The position numbers were made by a program, and so were the translations under genes. 25,522 nucleotides of DNA from Fidelibacterota bacterium (GTDB lineage: Bacteria > Fidelibacterota > Fidelibacteria > Fidelibacterales > Fidelibacteraceae): the NCBI GenBank assembly GCA_034723415.1, contig JAYEOX010000149.1:7271-32792 (forward strand), written 5' to 3'. Shown here piece after piece: positions 17,106-25,522 of this stretch (position 1 is its first letter; each line of letters starts with the position of its first letter). The notes under the pieces were generated by a model that did not search any database, was not told the origin of the DNA, and saw nothing but the letters and a program-made list of their open reading frames with translations.

Positions 17106-18476
17106 ATGATAAATGTAAAAAATAAAAATATTACGGTGTTAGGTGCTAAAAGAAGTGGCATTGGAGTAGCCAAGTTACTTTCTCATTATCAAGCAAATGT
17201 ATTCATCAGTGATAGTAATAAAAATGCAATTGACAATAGAACAAAACAACTTTTGAAAAAATTAAATATTGAAAGTGAATTTGGACAACATAGCGAAAAA
17301 ATATTAAATTCAGATTTTGTAATAATCAGTCCCGGAATTCCAAATACAATTCCCGTTATTCAAAAAATAAAACAATTGAATATTAAAATAATATCAGAAA
17401 TTGAAATTGCCTACAATTTTGCAAATTCTCAAATTATTGCAATTACCGGTTCAAATGGAAAATCCACAACTACTAAATTAACAGCAGATATTTTAAACAG
17501 ATCGGGAATTTCTGCAATAGCTTGCGGTAACATAGGTTTAGCATTCTCAGAAGCTGTTTTTTCCTCACTCAATAAAAATATTAAACCAATTTATGTTGTA
17601 GAGATCAGTAGTTTTCAATTAGAGTATATTTTAAATTTCAAACCGAATGTAGCTGTTTTATTGAACATTACACCAGATCATCTTGACCGATATGATTCAT
17701 TTAACGAATATGCAAAGACGAAAGTAAAAATATTTATTAATCAATCAAAAAAAGATATTGCAATTTTAAATATTGATGATGAGAATGTTTTAAAATTTTC
17801 AAAACCCAAATCAAATATTATAAATATTTCTATAAAACAAAATAAAGATCAAGTTGCCTATTTTGACAAAACATATTTTCATTATAGGATATCTTCACAG
17901 TGGCACAAATTAAAGAAAAATAAGATACAACTAATTGGAATACACAATCAATATAACATATCAGCTGCTTTTTCTGCCGCGTATTCTTTTTTAAATAATG
18001 AAAGAGGAACAGCAAGATCATTATCTACATTTAAAACAATTTCTCATCGCATCGAATTTTGCGGTTCGATTAATGGAATTAGTTTTTATAATGATTCGAA
18101 GGCAACTAATACAGATTCGGTAAAAGTTGCTTTAAAAAGTTTTAAAAATCCAATTCATCTTATATTAGGTGGGAAAGATAAAGATACTGATTTTTCTGAA
18201 TTACAAAAATTGATAAATAAAAATGTAAAAACGGTATATACAATTGGCGAAACGGCAAATAAAATAAAATCGCAATTAAAAAATATAAAGATTATCGATT
18301 CAAAAGTGTTGGATTTGGCAATGAAAAATGCATTAAAAAATGCAAATAAAAACGAAATCATACTTTTGTCTCCCTCCTGTTCCAGTTATGATCAATATGC
18401 AAATTTTGAAAAGAGAGGTGAACATTTTAAAACTATTTTTAATAAATTAAAAGAAACCGGTAAAGATGAAAACTGA
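17106..18476 (+). CDS. murD: UDP-MurNAc-L-Ala--D-glutamate ligase
   Basis: Motifs G..RSG, ISPGIP, AITGSNGKSTT, GNIG, EISSFQLE, NITPDHLDRY, HRIE, NDSKATN, LGGKDK, LSP.C.S.DQ..NFE.RG. Confidence 0.97.
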   Translation: MINVKNKNITVLGAKRSGIGVAKLLSHYQANVFISDSNKNAIDNRTKQLLKKLNIESEFGQHSEKILNSDFVIISPGIPNTIPVIQKIKQLNIKIISEIEIAYNFANSQIIAITGSNGKSTTTKLTADILNRSGISAIACGNIGLAFSEAVFSSLNKNIKPIYVVEISSFQLEYILNFKPNVAVLLNITPDHLDRYDSFNEYAKTKVKIFINQSKKDIAILNIDDENVLKFSKPKSNIINISIKQNKDQVAYFDKTYFHYRISSQWHKLKKNKIQLIGIHNQYNISAAFSAAYSFLNNERGTARSLSTFKTISHRIEFCGSINGISFYNDSKATNTDSVKVALKSFKNPIHLILGGKDKDTDFSELQKLINKNVKTVYTIGETANKIKSQLKNIKIIDSKVLDLAMKNALKNANKNEIILLSPSCSSYDQYANFEKRGEHFKTIFNKLKETGKDEN

Positions 18477-19587
18477 TAGTAAAAATCCTTTAGTATTTAA
18501 AATATTTATCATTACGCTCCTATTGTTAATAGGATTGGGAATGGTTATGCAATATTCCGCAAGTAATAAAATAGCTTTTGAAAAAACCGGGAAAAGTGAC
18601 TATTTTTTCTTACAACATTTAAAACGACTATTAATAGGAATATTAATATGCTTAACTTTTCTTTTCATTGATTACAAACAAATGAGAAAAACTGTAATCG
18701 TCTTATTTATTATAACACTTGCTATTGTCATTATTCCAATAATAAAAAAAGCAATTAGTAATTCTTCAATTCCCGCTCGTTGGTTTTCAATTGGTTCGAT
18801 ATCTATTCAAACTAGTGAAGTTGTTAGATTATTTTTAATAATATTTTTAGCCAATTACATTTCAAAACATAATTCAGAAATTACAGATTTTAAAAGAGGA
18901 TTTCTCCCTGCCTTTTCAATAGTAACAATTTTCATAATTTTAATTGCATCCCAACCGGATTTTTCTTCAGCAGCTATTATATATTTTATTTGTATGGTTA
19001 CTCTATATGTTGGCGGAGCAAAATTTATACATATTATGGGTGTTTCCTCTGTAATGGGAACATTAGGTTTTATTTATGTGAGAATTGAGCCATACAGATG
19101 GAATAGAATCCTAACATTTATGGATTCTTCTGATACTACAAATGGTGGATATCAAATTCGTCAATCATTGATCAGTTTAGCAAATGGAGGAATTTTTGGA
19201 CAAGGAATAGGAAACAGTATGGGAAAAAATCTATTTTTACCTGAAGCAAATACCGATTTTATATTTTCAATTATTGGTGAAGAATTAGGATTTATAGGAT
19301 CTACATTCTTTATTGCTTTATTTTTTGTAATATTTTTCAGTATGCATAAAATAGCAAAACATGTCAAGGATCAATTTGGACAATTAATTATTTTTTCCAC
19401 TGCCCTGTCAATAATTATTTATGCACTATTCAACGCTGCCGTTTGTGCGGGAATTGGTCCTGTAACAGGATTACCAATGCCATTTGTAAGTTATTCAGGT
19501 TCTCAAATTTTAATTAACGGAATGTTATTAGGAATAGTATTTAATATATATCTACAAGAAAGGAAATCAATAAAATGGGAAAAATGA
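18466..19587 (+). CDS. ftsW: SEDS peptidoglycan polymerase FtsW
   Basis: Polytopic; motifs G.VM.YSAS, RW, Q.SE, QPD, YQ..QS......GG..G.G.G, LPE..TDFIF.IIGEE.G, P.TGL..PFVSY.G. Confidence 0.95.
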   Translation: MKTDSKNPLVFKIFIITLLLLIGLGMVMQYSASNKIAFEKTGKSDYFFLQHLKRLLIGILICLTFLFIDYKQMRKTVIVLFIITLAIVIIPIIKKAISNSSIPARWFSIGSISIQTSEVVRLFLIIFLANYISKHNSEITDFKRGFLPAFSIVTIFIILIASQPDFSSAAIIYFICMVTLYVGGAKFIHIMGVSSVMGTLGFIYVRIEPYRWNRILTFMDSSDTTNGGYQIRQSLISLANGGIFGQGIGNSMGKNLFLPEANTDFIFSIIGEELGFIGSTFFIALFFVIFFSMHKIAKHVKDQFGQLIIFSTALSIIIYALFNAAVCAGIGPVTGLPMPFVSYSGSQILINGMLLGIVFNIYLQERKSIKWEK

Positions 19588-20729
19588 AAAATAATAAAAT
19601 TACAATAGTTGTAACCGGCGGAGGAACTGGTGGACATTATTATCCGGCAATGTCAATAATCGAAGGAATTCGTTCACATTTTCAAAAGTATTTTCCAAAA
19701 AAAGATCTAAAATTATTTTATATCGGTTCACAATTTGGAATTGAAGAGACATTAATTAACCACATAGACATTCCATATTCTTTACTAAAGATCAAAGGAT
19801 TCGCAAGAACCATAAGCATCAAATCAATATTAAATAATCTTCTACTTCCTATTAGAATTCTTTCATCAATGAAAAAAGTTAAAAAGATCTTTAATGATAT
19901 GGAAGTAGATGCTGTAATTGGAACAGGTGGATATGTAACAGCTATTCCGGGAAAAATAGCTATCAAAAATAATATACCACTTTATCTACAAGAACAGAAT
20001 GGATATCCCGGCTTAACAACTAGAATTCTGTCAAAAAATTCTAGAATTATTTTTTATGCTTATGAAGAAATAAAAAAATATATTCCTAAAGAAGTAAAAT
20101 TAATTAAATCCGGTAATCCGACACAAAAAAATATAAGATTACTTAGTAAATCAAAAGCAGTAGTACCATTTCATCTCTCAAAGACCAAATTCACAATTTT
20201 TATTTTCGGCGGCAGTCAAGGTTCACAAAGTATAAATAAATATTTTTTACAAAACATTAAAGGAATCATTGATAAATTTCATGTGCAATTCATTTGGCAA
20301 ACGGGAAGGAGAAATTACACTGAAATAAAAAGTCAATTAGACAATATCTCATCAATTTTTCTAACACCTTATGTTTATAACATGTCAGAAGCATACTCTT
20401 CAGCAGATTTAATTATTTCACGAGCAGGAGCTTTGACAATTGCAGAAATAAAGAAAATGCATATTCCATCATTACTAATTCCTCTACCATCTGCAGCTGC
20501 AAATCATCAACTTGTCAATGCCAGATCATTAGAAAAAATCGGGGGCGCAATTATCATAGAAGAAAAAAATCTAAATGATAATAATTTGATATCTACTATT
20601 GATGAACTTGTAAATGATAAGCATAAGATTTTTAAAATGAAAGATGCATTGCGTAAAATAAAGCAATTAGACTCTGCAACAATTGTTGCAAAAAAAATAT
20701 TAATTGATCTAAAAAAGAATTGTACATAA
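19584..20729 (+). CDS. murG: Lipid II GlcNAc transferase MurG
   Basis: Motifs GGGTGGH..P, GTGGY, EQN..PG, GNP, GGSQG, WQTG, SRAGA.T, P.P....HQ..NA. Start placed at ATG 19584 (ATGA overlap with the ftsW stop) rather than 19575. Confidence 0.95.
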   Translation: MKNNKITIVVTGGGTGGHYYPAMSIIEGIRSHFQKYFPKKDLKLFYIGSQFGIEETLINHIDIPYSLLKIKGFARTISIKSILNNLLLPIRILSSMKKVKKIFNDMEVDAVIGTGGYVTAIPGKIAIKNNIPLYLQEQNGYPGLTTRILSKNSRIIFYAYEEIKKYIPKEVKLIKSGNPTQKNIRLLSKSKAVVPFHLSKTKFTIFIFGGSQGSQSINKYFLQNIKGIIDKFHVQFIWQTGRRNYTEIKSQLDNISSIFLTPYVYNMSEAYSSADLIISRAGALTIAEIKKMHIPSLLIPLPSAAANHQLVNARSLEKIGGAIIIEEKNLNDNNLISTIDELVNDKHKIFKMKDALRKIKQLDSATIVAKKILIDLKKNCT

Positions 20730-20730
20730 A

Positions 20731-22134
20731 ATGAAAGATATTAATTTACAACAAATTAAAAATATTCATATGATAGGAATTGGTGGCATTGGGATGAGTG
20801 CCATCGCAAAAATTCTTAAGCAAAAGGGATATTTTGTAAGTGGTTCAGATACTAATAAATCCGATAACACAAAACAATTAGAAAAACTTGGTATAAAAAT
20901 TACTATTGGTCATTCTGATAAAAATATAAACGGTCAAGATGTTGTTGTCTATAGCAGTGCGATCACAAAAACAAATCCTGAAATAATAGAAGCAAAAAAA
21001 CAAAATATTCCTATAATTCGCAGAGCTGAATTTTTAGGAAAATTACTTAAACTTTGGTCTTATAGTGTTGGAATTTCCGGGACACATGGAAAAACAACGA
21101 CTTCATCAATTGCAAGTATTGTATTTATTGAAGCAGATTTAGATCCAACTTTTATTATCGGAGGTATTCTAAGAAATGTAAATACCAATTCAATACTTGG
21201 CAATGGTAAATATATAATCTATGAAGCAGATGAATATGACAGAACTTTTCTTGCCCTCCCTCCTACTTATTCAATAATTACCAATATTGAAATGGATCAT
21301 TCAGATATTTATTCAGACATTGAAGATATGAAAATGTCGTTCTTAAAATATGCAAATTCAACTTCAAAAGAAGGATTTGTAGTTCTCGACATAGACGATA
21401 AGAATATTAAAAATATAATCCCGAAAATTAAAACACAGATCATCTCTTATGGATTTGACAAAAAAGCCGATTATCAAATAGCATTTTCCGAAGCACAAGA
21501 AAAATATTCGATCTTTAAAATATATTATAAAAATAAATTATTAGATACTTTTAAATTAAATGCACTTGGCATTCATAATATAAAAAACGCAACCGGTATT
21601 ATCGCCTTATCTCACCAATTAAAAATACCAATTGACAAAATAAAAAACGGTTTGATAAAATATGAAGGAGTAAAACGTCGGTTTGAGATAAAATACAAAA
21701 TTAACAACACTATTTTTATAGATGATTACGCACATCATCCTTCAGAGCTAAAAGCAACATTAGAATCGGCAAGATCAGCAAATCCACAAAAAAGAATAAT
21801 CGCAATTTTTCAACCTCATTTATATAGTCGAACTCTAGATTTTTACAAAGAATTCGGTAAATCACTCCTTGTTGCAGATGTCATTGTCATTACGGATATT
21901 TACCCGGCAAGAGAAAAACCAATTAAAGGTGTTACCAGCGAATTGATCGCAAATATTGCCATTAAAGCCGGTCATAAAAGTGTTCATTATATTCCAAATA
22001 AAATAAAATTGGAAAAAGAGATTCCTTCGATAATAAAAGAAAATGATCTTGTAATTTCACTTGGAGCCGGTGATATTAACAAGTCATTAGATAAAATTTA
22101 CAATAATTATAAAAAAATTCTGAATAACAAATGA
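20731..22134 (+). CDS. murC: UDP-MurNAc--L-alanine ligase
   Basis: Motifs IGIGGIGMS, GSD, SSAI...NPE, GTHGKTTTS, EADEYD, TNIE.DH, G..RRF, DDYAHHP.E, FQPH.YSRT, GAG.I. Confidence 0.97.
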   Translation: MKDINLQQIKNIHMIGIGGIGMSAIAKILKQKGYFVSGSDTNKSDNTKQLEKLGIKITIGHSDKNINGQDVVVYSSAITKTNPEIIEAKKQNIPIIRRAEFLGKLLKLWSYSVGISGTHGKTTTSSIASIVFIEADLDPTFIIGGILRNVNTNSILGNGKYIIYEADEYDRTFLALPPTYSIITNIEMDHSDIYSDIEDMKMSFLKYANSTSKEGFVVLDIDDKNIKNIIPKIKTQIISYGFDKKADYQIAFSEAQEKYSIFKIYYKNKLLDTFKLNALGIHNIKNATGIIALSHQLKIPIDKIKNGLIKYEGVKRRFEIKYKINNTIFIDDYAHHPSELKATLESARSANPQKRIIAIFQPHLYSRTLDFYKEFGKSLLVADVIVITDIYPAREKPIKGVTSELIANIAIKAGHKSVHYIPNKIKLEKEIPSIIKENDLVISLGAGDINKSLDKIYNNYKKILNNK

Positions 22135-22886
22135 ATACTACTGAAATAAATATTAAAGAGACAAAACAAATAAAAAAATATTTTTTGATAGCTTTATTTA
22201 TAGGATTAGTATTTATTTCGATCATTTATGCCGGCTCTCAATTTATTTTCCTAATTGACAAAATATCAGTATCTGGAAATATAGAATTAACTCAAAACGA
22301 AATAATTAAGATCAGTGGAATAAACAAAGGTATGAATATCTTCACCGTAAATATCGGTCAAACGATAAATAAACTTAGAGAAGAACCATATATTAGATAT
22401 GCTTATGTAAGTCGTACTCTGCCAAATAAAATTTCCATAAATGTTATAGAGAGAAAACCTATAGCATTAATTTCAATGGATAAATTATATTCTTTTGATA
22501 TTAGTGGCATTTTACTTCCGGAACCAACAAGGATCAATAATGATTTACCTATATTAACAGGAATTGAATCTGTTTATAAATTTGAATTTGGTGAATCTAC
22601 AGTCCACTACCAGATACGACAAGGTGTAAATATTATTGCACAAATTAATAATTTTTATTCAGAAATAAATGATTTTATTTCTGAACTATATTGGAATAAA
22701 AAGTATAAAGAATGGATAATTATTAATTCTGGAAATAAGCCTTTGATCAAATTAGGAACAGATAATTTTCCTACAAAATTGCAAACATTAAATAATTTCT
22801 TTAAAATGATGAAAAATAAAAAAAGGAATATTAACCAATTCAAATACATTGATCTAAGATTTAAAAATCAATTAATTGTAAAATAA
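22131..22886 (+). CDS. ftsQ: Cell division protein FtsQ/DivIB
   Basis: Single TM, POTRA-like segment (I.VSGN...V.R.LPN.I.I.V.ER.P), C-terminal YIDLRF..Q. Lies directly before ftsA. Confidence 0.92.
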   Translation: MNTTEINIKETKQIKKYFLIALFIGLVFISIIYAGSQFIFLIDKISVSGNIELTQNEIIKISGINKGMNIFTVNIGQTINKLREEPYIRYAYVSRTLPNKISINVIERKPIALISMDKLYSFDISGILLPEPTRINNDLPILTGIESVYKFEFGESTVHYQIRQGVNIIAQINNFYSEINDFISELYWNKKYKEWIIINSGNKPLIKLGTDNFPTKLQTLNNFFKMMKNKKRNINQFKYIDLRFKNQLIVK

Positions 22887-22901
22887 TAATGGAAATATAT
22901 T

Positions 22902-24167
22902 ATGAGTGAAAATAAAATAATAAGTGGATTGGATATCGGAACGACAAAAATATGTGCTATTATAGGTGAATATGATCCAAAAGAAAATATTTATAAAATT
23001 CTCGGAATGGGAAAAGCTCCTTCTCTTGGTTTAAAAAGAGGCGTAATTGTAGATATTGAAAAAACAAAACAATCAATTATTGAAGCAGTCAAGTTAGCTC
23101 AAAAACGCGCAAATATTACAATTACCGGTGTAACAGTTGGTATCGCCGGCGATCATATTAGAAGTTTAAACTCAAATTCTACAATTACAATTAGCCATAA
23201 AGGTGAAGATGTTATTCACGATGCCGAAGTTGATGAATCAGATATAGAGCGTGTATTAAATTCAGCAAGATCAATAAATGTTGGAGTTGATAGAGAGATC
23301 ATTCATATTTTACAACAAAAATATTATGTTGATAATCAAATTGGGATAGTCAATCCAATTGGAATGTCTGGAAATAAACTTACAATAAATGCATTAATTA
23401 TTACAGCAGCAATAAATAATGTAAAAAATCTAGTTAGGAGTGTCCAATCAACCGGATTGAATGTTCATGGAATAATTTTAGAACCTTTATCATCGGCAGA
23501 ATCTGTTTTAACAGATGATCAAAAAGAATTAGGCGTCGCATTAATAGATATTGGTGGCGGCACAACAGATGTAACAGTGTTTCAAGATGGATACGTAAAA
23601 CATGCCGGAGTTGTAGGATATGGCGGTTCCATTATTACAAAAGATATTGCCTCTTTAATTCATACATCATTTGATGAAGCCGAACGAATAAAGATTAAAT
23701 ACGCTTGGGCATCAACTTCATTAATAAATGAAAATGATAAAATTGATATAAAAGTAAAATCATTAAATCGTAAAAATGAAATAAAACTAGATTCATATCA
23801 ATTATCATTATATGTAGAAGCTCGTATAGAGGAAATATTAAATTTAGTAAAAGAACAAATAGAAAAATATATTAATATCAAAAAATTAAGTGGTGGTATT
23901 ATTTTTACAGGCGGAGGTGCATTGCTTAAAGGAATAAGTAAAATTAACTATAAAATATTCGGGGTTCAAAGTCAAATTGGATATCCAAACAGATTGCCGG
24001 GTTTAGAAAAAAATAATTTTAGCCCGGAATATTCTACAGCAATTGGATTACTTAATTGGGCAAGAAAAAATAATAATAATCAATCGCTAACATCAGTTGA
24101 TTCAGATGCTAAAATTTGGTATAAATTAAAAGATTTTTTAACAAAAATAATAAAACAATATTTTTAA
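22902..24167 (+). CDS. ftsA: Cell division protein FtsA
   Basis: Motifs [10 protein letters not shown]...[34 protein letters not shown], and an amphipathic C-terminal helix. Confidence 0.97.
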   Translation: MSENKIISGLDIGTTKICAIIGEYDPKENIYKILGMGKAPSLGLKRGVIVDIEKTKQSIIEAVKLAQKRANITITGVTVGIAGDHIRSLNSNSTITISHKGEDVIHDAEVDESDIERVLNSARSINVGVDREIIHILQQKYYVDNQIGIVNPIGMSGNKLTINALIITAAINNVKNLVRSVQSTGLNVHGIILEPLSSAESVLTDDQKELGVALIDIGGGTTDVTVFQDGYVKHAGVVGYGGSIITKDIASLIHTSFDEAERIKIKYAWASTSLINENDKIDIKVKSLNRKNEIKLDSYQLSLYVEARIEEILNLVKEQIEKYINIKKLSGGIIFTGGGALLKGISKINYKIFGVQSQIGYPNRLPGLEKNNFSPEYSTAIGLLNWARKNNNNQSLTSVDSDAKIWYKLKDFLTKIIKQYF

Positions 24168-24177
24168 GGAGGATATT

Positions 24178-25356
24178 ATGTTATTTGAATATGATGAAAT
24201 GAACGATTTAAATGCAAAGATCAAAATTATCGGAGTTGGCGGTGCCGGTGGTAATGCTATTAATCGAATGATAAAGAATAATTTAATGGGAGTGGAATTC
24301 ATAGCAATAAACACAGATGCGCAGGCATTAAATCACAATCAAGCAGAAACCAAAATTCAAATTGGACATGAACTAACAAGAGGATTAGGAGCCGGTGCAA
24401 AATTAGAAATTGGTTCAAAAGCGGCTAATGAAAGTAAAGAAACAATTATTCAAGCATTAGAAGGTGCAGATTTAGTTTTTGTTGCCGGTGGAATGGGCGG
24501 CGGAACAGGAACCGGAGCGGCACCGGTTATTGCACAACTCTCAAAAGAATTAGGTGCATTGACAATTGGAATTGTTACCAAACCATTCCTTTTTGAAGGA
24601 CCAACTAGAACAAAAAGAGCAGAAAAAGGAATAGAAGAATTAAGAAAAAATACAGATACTTTAATTGTTGTACCAAATGAAAAGCTAATAGATATTGTAG
24701 ATGAAAATACACAAATTGAAGATGCTTTTGAAGAAGCTGATTCTATTTTACATCAAGCTACAAGCGGAATTTCTAATCTTATTACCCAAAATGGATTAGT
24801 AAACCTTGATTTTGCCGATGTAAATACAATAATGCAAGATATGGGAGACGCAATAATCGGAACAGGAACTGCAAAGGGAGAATCACGCTCGGTTATGGCG
24901 GCATCTATGGCCATATCCAGTCCATTATTAGATGATATCAGCATCAGTGGTGCAAAAGGTGTATTAATTAATTTCACCGGTGGACACGATATGAGGCTGA
25001 CTGAAGTAAATGAAGCAGCAAAAATAATCCAAGAAGAAGTTGGAGATGAAGCAGATATTATTTTCGGCACTGTAATTGATCCGTCTATTAAAGATGAAAT
25101 CCGGATAACTGTTATCGCTACAGGATTTAATAAAAACAATTTTATGGAAACAAAAAAACATTGGACAAGTCCGGAATATAACATTCAGGAAATTAAAGAA
25201 ACCAACAATCTCGTTTTTGATGATACAAAAGATATAAATGATTCAAAAATTATCGAACATTTTGATTCAACTGCTGAACTTGATGAAAATGCAATTATTG
25301 ATAAGAATGATCTGGAAATTCCTGCTTATTTAAGGACACATAACAGAATGAAATGA
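24178..25356 (+). CDS. ftsZ: Cell division protein FtsZ
   Basis: Motifs [48 protein letters not shown]-terminal [18 protein letters not shown] upstream. Confidence 0.99.
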   Translation: MLFEYDEMNDLNAKIKIIGVGGAGGNAINRMIKNNLMGVEFIAINTDAQALNHNQAETKIQIGHELTRGLGAGAKLEIGSKAANESKETIIQALEGADLVFVAGGMGGGTGTGAAPVIAQLSKELGALTIGIVTKPFLFEGPTRTKRAEKGIEELRKNTDTLIVVPNEKLIDIVDENTQIEDAFEEADSILHQATSGISNLITQNGLVNLDFADVNTIMQDMGDAIIGTGTAKGESRSVMAASMAISSPLLDDISISGAKGVLINFTGGHDMRLTEVNEAAKIIQEEVGDEADIIFGTVIDPSIKDEIRITVIATGFNKNNFMETKKHWTSPEYNIQEIKETNNLVFDDTKDINDSKIIEHFDSTAELDENAIIDKNDLEIPAYLRTHNRMK

Positions 25357-25363
25357 TAAAAAT

Positions 25364-25403
25364 GTTTAGAAGTTTAGTGGTTTAGTAGTTTAGAATGTTA
25401 GAA
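25364..25403 (+). repeat. 8-bp tandem repeat GTTTAGWR, 5 units (last degenerate)
   Basis: GTTTAGAA GTTTAGTG GTTTAGTA GTTTAGAA TGTTAGAA, starting 7 nt after the ftsZ stop. Confidence 0.8.
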
Positions 25404-25413
25404 ATGATTTTTT

Positions 25414-25461
25414 TTAACAATAAATTATAAAATTAAAATGAGTATTTTTTTTCGTATTCAT
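25414..25461 (-). pseudogene. Truncated 5' remnant of an integron gene-cassette ORF
   Basis: Minus strand GTTATAC-CGTTTAAG-AAGGAG-7nt-ATG, then only 15 codons (MNTKKNTHFNFIIYC*). Removing one A from the A8 run gives the signal-peptide-like MNTKKILILIL*. Confidence 0.5.
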
Positions 25462-25482
25462 TTATTCGCTCCTTCTTAAACG

Positions 25483-25522
25483 GTATAACGGACGACGCGT
25501 GAGCCGCGCTGATTTAAAACTT
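25483..25522 (-). mobile_element. 3' (right) arm of an integron attC recombination site, cut by the window edge
   Basis: Minus strand ...AAATCAGCGCGGCTCACGCGTCGTCC-GTTATAC is a GC-rich island in very AT-rich DNA. It carries a GCGCGGCT right-arm motif as in aadA-type attC sites and ends in a GTTRRRY-like R' core (GTTATAC) followed by SD and ATG. The left arm is not visible. Confidence 0.65.

Noticed and set aside
9531..25184. Antisense ORFs within dcw genes (e.g. 9531..9842, 14139..14458, 16982..17173, 17830..18361, 19161..19966, 22655..22849, 24753..25184)
   Set aside because: Shadow ORFs opposite conserved essential genes, with a composition reflecting reverse-complement codon bias.
25396..25403. 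Minus-strand TTCTAAC as the R'' box of a second attC closing the cassette remnant
   Set aside because: It is part of the octamer tandem repeat and is not followed by a GC-rich palindromic stem or a matching R' box.

Overview
Very AT-rich bacterial chromosomal window from a diderm host (it carries lpxH). The dcw gene order suggests FCB-superphylum/Marinimicrobia-like affinity, but that taxonomic guess is weak. From left to right it contains: a minus-strand tRNA-Cys(GCA)/tRNA-Leu(TAA) pair with terminator; lysA; a three-gene AmmeMemoRadiSam locus (amrS radical SAM, a 7TM + spermidine-synthase-like + multi-TM membrane protein, and an amrB-amrA MEMO1/AMMECR1 fusion); a convergent aspS-lpxH pair; a complete mraZ-to-ftsZ dcw cluster lacking murB and ddl; and, at the right edge, the 3' arm of an integron attC site followed by a decayed gene cassette. 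Three signals stand out. (1) All three Amr-locus proteins appear to be targeted outside the cytoplasm: a Sec-like leader on the radical SAM, a lipoprotein-like leader on AmrB/A, and an odd TM count placing the SAM-binding domain outside. This suggests an envelope-localised, SAM-dependent modification system. (2) The locus is bracketed by a 24/25-bp direct repeat, consistent with insertion into a REP-like hairpin. (3) An integron cassette remnant abuts ftsZ. All calls were made by eye from motifs; no database searches were run.
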